NCBI GenBank assembly: GCA_050294405.1 | Contig: JBNKOC010000025.1 | Location: forward strand, 96,001 to 160,000 | Reading direction: 5' to 3' | Length of the DNA stretch: 64,000 nucleotides | Origin: Fibrobacteria bacterium | GTDB taxonomy: Bacteria > Fibrobacterota > Fibrobacteria > UBA11236 > JADFYW01 | Shown: positions 58,339 through 64,000 of the stretch, one piece after another | Position numbering within the stretch: the first letter of the stretch is position 1 | How the letters are laid out: each line of letters opens with the position of its first letter | Translations under genes and position numbers: made by a program | Notes under the pieces: model-generated | What the model saw: the letters and a program-made list of their open reading frames with translations, nothing else | The model's database searches: none | Told to the model about the DNA's origin: nothing

Positions 58339-60259
58339 CCTCTTGTAAATACTGTTGATATAGTGAGTCTGCTTCGGCTCTTTCTTCAAATTTTAATTTG
58401 GAGTCCAGGGCTGCTTTTAAATTCTTTTGGGCTTTTGCCTCGTTTCCAGCCTGGGACTCAATCCAACCCATATGATACAAAAATGCCGGATGGTCCGGCA
58501 CTATATTCAAAGCGTATTGGATGTGGTGCCTTGCGGAATCCAGTTTTCCGTTTTTAGCCAATATCCAACCGGCAGTGTCCATAACACGAGGATCATTTTG
58601 GTTGCTGGCAAGCAGCTTGTCCACAAAGGGTTTTGCCTTTTCCAGATTTTTTTCTTCAATCCCGAATTGCCAAGCAAGATTATTCAGGGCGACGATATTG
58701 TTGGAGTCTATATCCAATTCTTTTTGCAATAAGCTTACATATTTATGGCTGTCTGTTTTCTGATGAAAAGAAGCCAGAATACTGTTTATTCCGGGGGCGC
58801 TTGGATATTTGCTTTTTAAACGTTCTAACAGTTTTTGGGTTTTAACTGTATTTCCCCTTTCCATGTTAAGGGTAACGAGGGTAAGCTCCTGGGGAAGACT
58901 TAATTTGGCTTGCTTTTCCAATATTTCCAAGGCTTCAACCTTCTGCCCGATGCTGATTAATTGTTTGGTATACAAATCCACAGCCAGAGCATTTCGAGGC
59001 CATTGGCGATAAAGGTTTTGGGCCGTTTGTACCACCCAAAATTTTTGACTAGTTAATTGAAAAAAACGATTCAAAGCCCATTGCCCTATGAAATTTTTAT
59101 TGGGCTCCAACATGGACATAAAATCAGTTAAAACTTTTTTTAGGGTATCGTTTTGAGATTGAATTAATTCAATGGCTTTAAAATCCTGATCCAAAGCCAC
59201 ATAGGTTTGCACATATTCAAATTCTCTTCCTTTTTTGCCGGTTTGTACTTCCAGGGTTTTAAGGAACTGAAGGGCTTTGGCCGGGTTTCCAGCAGCCAAC
59301 TCCAAAAGATGAGCTAAAAACAAATTTCCATTAGCCAGCTTATGATCTAATTCTCCAATGGCAAGGTATATGGTGCTGGCAGAATCGTATTTTCCTTGCT
59401 TGGCTTTAATTATGGCCAACTCAGATAAGGCGGGAACATTGCTTTCCCGGGCTTTCAAATAGGGGTGTAAAATGTTTTCTGCTTCTTCCAACTCATTCAG
59501 CACAGAATGAAGGCGTGCTTTGCGGATTAATATGGGCATTTCTTTTAGGCTGTCTATTTCAGCCCATGCTTCTAGCCAGATTTTTGCGGAATCGGGCATC
59601 CTATCACGCAAATAGGAGTCTACCAGATTTAAATTCGCAGCTGCCATTTTTGGATCTTTTTGCAAGATGTCCTGTAGCAGCTCTCGAGCTGCTACATTTT
59701 GCCCCTGTGCGGAAAGCATGCCAGCCAAAGGAATTAAAGCCGAAATAGAATCTGGGAAACTTTTATGCAGCACTCGTAATTGTTCTTCGGCCAGATCGTA
59801 TCTGCCTTGGCGGGCCCGGACCTGGGCTAAAAGAAAGCGCGCCTCAAAGTGGGAAGGATCCCGCTTTATGAGCTCAAGCAAACTTTCAAAGGCTAAATCA
59901 GGTTGATTGGCTTTAAAGGCCAGACGGGATAAAATGAGTCTGCCTTCCATGTTCTTGGGGTGTGCCTCCACAAACTGACGGGTGTTATTGATGGCCATAC
60001 TGAGGTTGTTGTTTTGCAAATTTAAGGCATTTTCCAGGCGGAGCACTTCCAGGGAAACATAAGGTGAATAATTCCCTTCTTTTGCAGAATAAGCTTTGAT
60101 ATATTCTTTTTGAGCTGCCGAATAATTGTTTTGTTTAATTAAATTTCTACCGTTAATAATATGTCTTGCATATCTTTTTTCCGGTGTGTTTTGCCAATAG
60201 AGGAAAACGGCACCAACGGCAATTAGTAAGCAAATTATGGCAATTAGAATTTTTTTCAT
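58325..60259 (-). CDS. TPR-repeat periplasmic protein (PrsT-like)
   Basis: N-terminal membrane anchor; many TPRs; ALNNLAW...MDTAGWI...YHMG signature. Confidence 0.85.
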   Translation of the reverse strand: MKKILIAIICLLIAVGAVFLYWQNTPEKRYARHIINGRNLIKQNNYSAAQKEYIKAYSAKEGNYSPYVSLEVLRLENALNLQNNNLSMAINNTRQFVEAHPKNMEGRLILSRLAFKANQPDLAFESLLELIKRDPSHFEARFLLAQVRARQGRYDLAEEQLRVLHKSFPDSISALIPLAGMLSAQGQNVAARELLQDILQKDPKMAAANLNLVDSYLRDRMPDSAKIWLEAWAEIDSLKEMPILIRKARLHSVLNELEEAENILHPYLKARESNVPALSELAIIKAKQGKYDSASTIYLAIGELDHKLANGNLFLAHLLELAAGNPAKALQFLKTLEVQTGKKGREFEYVQTYVALDQDFKAIELIQSQNDTLKKVLTDFMSMLEPNKNFIGQWALNRFFQLTSQKFWVVQTAQNLYRQWPRNALAVDLYTKQLISIGQKVEALEILEKQAKLSLPQELTLVTLNMERGNTVKTQKLLERLKSKYPSAPGINSILASFHQKTDSHKYVSLLQKELDIDSNNIVALNNLAWQFGIEEKNLEKAKPFVDKLLASNQNDPRVMDTAGWILAKNGKLDSARHHIQYALNIVPDHPAFLYHMGWIESQAGNEAKAQKNLKAALDSKLKFEERAEADSLYQQYLQEDELD

Positions 60260-60367
60260 AAATTTAAGAACCTATTTAATGAAACTGGCTGAATTTTGTG
60301 CTCCAAGAAAAGATATTTATAATCTAATAACTGCTGCAAATATAGTTTGAAATAAAGGAGTTTTAAT

Positions 60368-62779
60368 CTGGAACGGGTTAGCAAAAACAAAGGTAAAAAC
60401 AACAAGAGGGGGATATCCTTTACCACCCTTTTGCATATTCTGTGGCTAAAAAAATGGATTTTATTGGTAGTCTGGGGAGCCATTGCCCTTCCTGTTGCGG
60501 TTTTGTTGTCTGTTATTGATTTGCCAAAGTCCTATACGGTGGATACTGTAATGCGTTTTCCTTCGGTAGAAGGAGCCCAATCTGACATTATGCGCGATGT
60601 GGCTATTACTCAGTCCCAAAGTATTGTAAACCTATTTAAGAGTTATTCGGTTCTGGAGTCAACCGTTAAAAAACAAAAATTGCAATTAAGGTTAAATGAC
60701 AAATCCCACTTCCGTTTGAAAACTTTTGACTATATAAGTTATACAGATGAATTGGGAGTTGGTGCGTACGAAATAACCTTTTTAAGCGGGGGAAATGTTC
60801 GTTTGGATTATACTCCCACTACCAGCAAAAACAAATACAGTTTATTCACAGGGCCTCTTATTAATAAACGCACTTTGGAAATTTTAGGGCTCCAACTCAT
60901 TTTTTCTACGGAATTTTTAAAATCTGCCACGGTAAATTCCATTTTGACCTTTGACTTTCACACAAAGGAAGAAATTATCGAGACCTTAAGGAAAAAATTT
61001 GACATTGCTCCTTTAGGAGGCGCCAATTTTAAAATTACCCTAAAAGACAGGGACCCCTGGCTAGTTGCAGATATATTAAACCAACTAAGAGATGAATTTT
61101 TGGATGTATATTACGGCACCACTGATGTTCAGGATGTGAGTGTGCTGGCCCAAATGGAAAAAAATCTTGCCCTTGCCAAAGACAGGTTGGAAAAAAGCCA
61201 GAATGAGCTTTCCAATTATTACAAAGAGCATCCTGAGCTGATAGCTCGGGAGAATGATGAAGAAGGAAGTAGCTTAGAATATTTGGAATCACGCAGTGAA
61301 TTAGCGGATTTGCGTAATCGTATTGCCCGGCTTAAAGGTTCTTATTCTGCAAAGCCCTTGGGCATGAAAAATACGGAGTATTATTACTGGTCCCATGAAA
61401 TATTATCCCGTATGGCGGAATCTGATGAAGCTAAAGCCAATATTTTGCGAAACCAAATACAAAGTTTAAATGAGAATTTAAATCAGGCTCAGTCTACCTA
61501 TAACCCCGGCCACCCCAAAGTGGAAGAAATAGAAATTCGCTTGAAACAAAAATATTCCGAAATTGATGAAGTGTACGCAGCCTTAATGAATAAGCTCAAT
61601 GGCCAGGAAAGCCGTTTACAACAGCAAATGGCCGCCAACGCCCCTCGCAGAAGAGCCAGGGCTTCTGTTAAAGTGCAGCTTGAATTAGAGCGCCTTGTTA
61701 CAAACAATACTAACAACGAAAGAACATACGACAGGTTGCTCACTCAATTTAACCGGGCTAAACTTTCAACCGGTTCTGAATTTTTTAAAGTGAACATTGT
61801 TGATAAAGCCCGTCCAGCTTTGTACGAACCTCCATCTTTAAAAGGAAGGTTAATTATAGCTGGAATTGCCGCGTTTATACTTGGGTTTTTGCCGCCTTTG
61901 TTTGTGATAGGTTATAACATTTTGTTCGTTCGAATTTGGACTCAGGATGATATTAAAAACTTTTTGAATTTGAAATGTTTGGGTTTTGTAAACTACCGGA
62001 AGGTAGACGGTTATTTAAATTTGCCCTTATTTGGAGGGTCTCGCCGGGAGCATAATTCGCTGGATCCCTTGTTACTTTATCACGGAGATTCCCACACTCT
62101 GGAGGATTTGGAAAGTTACAGGGCAATTCGGGAGGAATGTCTCACTTATTTTAGTGAAGAAAAATCCGGGCCGGCATTGGTGTTGCTCACCACTTCCACT
62201 CGCCCTGGGGAAGGCAAAAGTACTTGTAGCTCTAACCTAGCTCTTAGTTTTGCTCGCACAGGTAAAAAAGTTTTGTTAATTGATGCTGAATTAAGACTTG
62301 GCCAGATTGATATTATTTTCGGAAAAAATGGGGAATTGGGTCTTATGGATTTATTAAGGAAACCTATTTCTTCAATACAGGATTTTTTGGAAGAGTGTAA
62401 ACAAATAATAATGAAAACCGACCAAGAAAACCTGGATATTGTGAGCAAAGGTAAAACAGATCCTTCTGCTGCGGAGATGGTGGGTTCAGAAAAATTACGG
62501 GCTTTTATTGAATGGGCCAAAATGGCTTATGATATTGTGATTATTGACACACCTCCTTTAGCAGTTACCGCAGATCCACTAGCTCTTTTAAATGAGGTGG
62601 ATGGGGTGGTGTTTGTAACCCGTTCAGGCAGAACCATATTATCCGAAGCCAGGGAATGCATACAATCCATACGAGAAAGAAAAGTTCGGGTGGGAGTTAT
62701 CTTAAACAGAGCTAGTGTGTCTCCCTTTAAACACAACAAATACCGCAAGTACGGATATTATTACAAGATTGGTAATTAA
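60368..62779 (+). CDS. wzc: Wzc-type polysaccharide co-polymerase/BY tyrosine kinase
   Basis: Wzz-like N-terminus; coiled coil with YNPGHPKV; Walker A PGEGKST, IDAE, IDTPP; Tyr cluster KYRKYGYYY. Proposed CTG start at 60368 (tracked TTG at 60431). Confidence 0.92.
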   Translation: MERVSKNKGKNNKRGISFTTLLHILWLKKWILLVVWGAIALPVAVLLSVIDLPKSYTVDTVMRFPSVEGAQSDIMRDVAITQSQSIVNLFKSYSVLESTVKKQKLQLRLNDKSHFRLKTFDYISYTDELGVGAYEITFLSGGNVRLDYTPTTSKNKYSLFTGPLINKRTLEILGLQLIFSTEFLKSATVNSILTFDFHTKEEIIETLRKKFDIAPLGGANFKITLKDRDPWLVADILNQLRDEFLDVYYGTTDVQDVSVLAQMEKNLALAKDRLEKSQNELSNYYKEHPELIARENDEEGSSLEYLESRSELADLRNRIARLKGSYSAKPLGMKNTEYYYWSHEILSRMAESDEAKANILRNQIQSLNENLNQAQSTYNPGHPKVEEIEIRLKQKYSEIDEVYAALMNKLNGQESRLQQQMAANAPRRRARASVKVQLELERLVTNNTNNERTYDRLLTQFNRAKLSTGSEFFKVNIVDKARPALYEPPSLKGRLIIAGIAAFILGFLPPLFVIGYNILFVRIWTQDDIKNFLNLKCLGFVNYRKVDGYLNLPLFGGSRREHNSLDPLLLYHGDSHTLEDLESYRAIREECLTYFSEEKSGPALVLLTTSTRPGEGKSTCSSNLALSFARTGKKVLLIDAELRLGQIDIIFGKNGELGLMDLLRKPISSIQDFLEECKQIIMKTDQENLDIVSKGKTDPSAAEMVGSEKLRAFIEWAKMAYDIVIIDTPPLAVTADPLALLNEVDGVVFVTRSGRTILSEARECIQSIRERKVRVGVILNRASVSPFKHNKYRKYGYYYKIGN

Positions 62780-62831
62780 GCGGGCTAAATTCCAACGGAA
62801 GGCTTTTGCAACTCTAAACGCTGAAAAAAGG

Positions 62832-64000
62832 TTAAGCTGTAGCTTTTTCTTCTACTCTTAATGGCATGCTGTTGATGCCAATTTTTCCCTTAGCCATGGA
62901 AATTTTAACAGGATTTGAATGGATAATTCGACTAATCCTTTTATTTTCTGAAGCATTTCTAATGGAGCTAAATTGAAAACGTTCCATAAGGTGGCTTAAC
63001 TTCCAATCTGTGGTGTGGATGTTTACGTAATGCTGGAAGCGTTTTAACAAATCCACTTTAATTCTCTTTTGGGCGTTATCCAACTCCCAAGGGTGAAAAT
63101 AAACCATTGCCGGATAGCCTTTAAGATTCATCTGTTCGATATATCGATCTGTAACGCGATAAGGATACAAACGCAAATAACCCCCACCGCCAATAGGCAT
63201 TAATTTTTTACCAAGTGCCAGTGTGGCCATGGGGTATTCTTTTATGGAAACACCATCTTGAAATTGGATTTTGTGTGGCAAACGGTTGGGATAATTGGGA
63301 ATTCCATATCGATTTCTACCGATGGGGAAAATGCTGGAATCGTATTCCAATCCGTATTTGGCCATAATTTTAAGAGCCCAAAGGGTGGATTTGGTAATAG
63401 TAAAATTGGAGCCACGGTGGCCATAAATTTTTTGGGAAGTGTTTTTGCTGATTTCGTTAAGTGACTTTTCCAAATCTTCTTCAAATTCATCGGGAGTCAT
63501 TTCTGTGATAAGGTTATGGTAATAACCGTGGGTTCCTATTTCGTGGCCTTCAGCATCAATCATTTGCACCACTTCGGGGTAATATTTGGCTACCCACCCT
63601 AATATGAAAAAGGTGGCGGTACAATTGTGTGATTTTAATAGATGCAATATGCGTTCTACATTGTTTACCACCCGAGTGGTTTGCATATGCCAATCGGATT
63701 TAGTGATATGAGATTTTAAGTTGTATGCGTGGAACCAACATTCCACATCCACGGTTAAAAAGTTAACCATGGTTTTGCGAATCATTTCGAGGTTAATAAT
63801 CTTATCAATGTGCAATTCCTTAAGCATTTTTTGCACTTGAGGGTGGGAATTGCGAATGGATAACTTTCCATCAGCTTCTTTGACCTTGTGAATTAGGTTC
63901 ACTAAAAATCCCAGATCTTCCAGATCAAAAGTAGCGTCGGGATTGAGAGTGACTTCTACATTTTTCTGACCGAAATTCCCAAGCATTTCCACCTTGCGGG
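62832..64000 (-). CDS. XrtA-system polysaccharide deacetylase with an N-terminal STAS-like domain (probably truncated by the window edge)
   Basis: LTVDVECWFH, ATFFILGWVA, HEIGTHG, YDSSIFP, GGGYLRLYPY, YFHPWELD; the frame is open to the window end. Confidence 0.88.
   Translation of the reverse strand, partial: RKVEMLGNFGQKNVEVTLNPDATFDLEDLGFLVNLIHKVKEADGKLSIRNSHPQVQKMLKELHIDKIINLEMIRKTMVNFLTVDVECWFHAYNLKSHITKSDWHMQTTRVVNNVERILHLLKSHNCTATFFILGWVAKYYPEVVQMIDAEGHEIGTHGYYHNLITEMTPDEFEEDLEKSLNEISKNTSQKIYGHRGSNFTITKSTLWALKIMAKYGLEYDSSIFPIGRNRYGIPNYPNRLPHKIQFQDGVSIKEYPMATLALGKKLMPIGGGGYLRLYPYRVTDRYIEQMNLKGYPAMVYFHPWELDNAQKRIKVDLLKRFQHYVNIHTTDWKLSHLMERFQFSSIRNASENKRISRIIHSNPVKISMAKGKIGINSMPLRVEEKATA

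Noticed and set aside
1..64000. CRISPR arrays, IS elements, rRNA, and the many short antisense/overlapping ORFs in the track
   Set aside because: No spaced direct repeats, transposase motifs or rRNA-like sequence were recognised; the short ORFs lie within well-supported genes and show no motifs

Overview
AT-rich bacterial DNA from a diderm organism. A fused SecDF with an acidic insert and a protein with a T9SS-like C-terminus suggest the FCB group, possibly Fibrobacterota (inference only). The left ~24.5 kb is mixed housekeeping and accessory content: a large cadherin/Calx-beta/beta-helix surface protein followed by a membrane Ser/Thr kinase-fold protein that lacks the catalytic Asp, a NUDIX hydrolase, an SMR transporter, a eukaryote-type xylulokinase, tRNA-His(GTG), secDF, three probable outer-membrane proteins, rsmB, fmt, a sigma-54 response regulator, a CBS protein, an alpha/beta hydrolase and a carbohydrate ABC transporter. 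From ~24.5 kb to the right edge lies a ~40 kb exopolysaccharide locus of the exosortase A/PEP-CTERM type. It encodes an OPX export protein, a VanZ protein, a UDP-HexNAc dehydrogenase, five GT4 glycosyltransferases, a FemAB-like protein, three AsnB-like amidotransferases (one lacking the catalytic Cys), an ACP/AMP-ligase/PLP-decarboxylase/two-hydrolase/GNAT cassette, two deacetylases (one fused to a STAS-like domain), an O-antigen-ligase-like protein, exosortase + EpsI + TPR protein, and Wzc. At the DNA level there are two apparent non-canonical start codons and several apparently leaderless genes. No CRISPR array, rRNA or mobile element was seen. All product calls come from motif recognition, not database searches.
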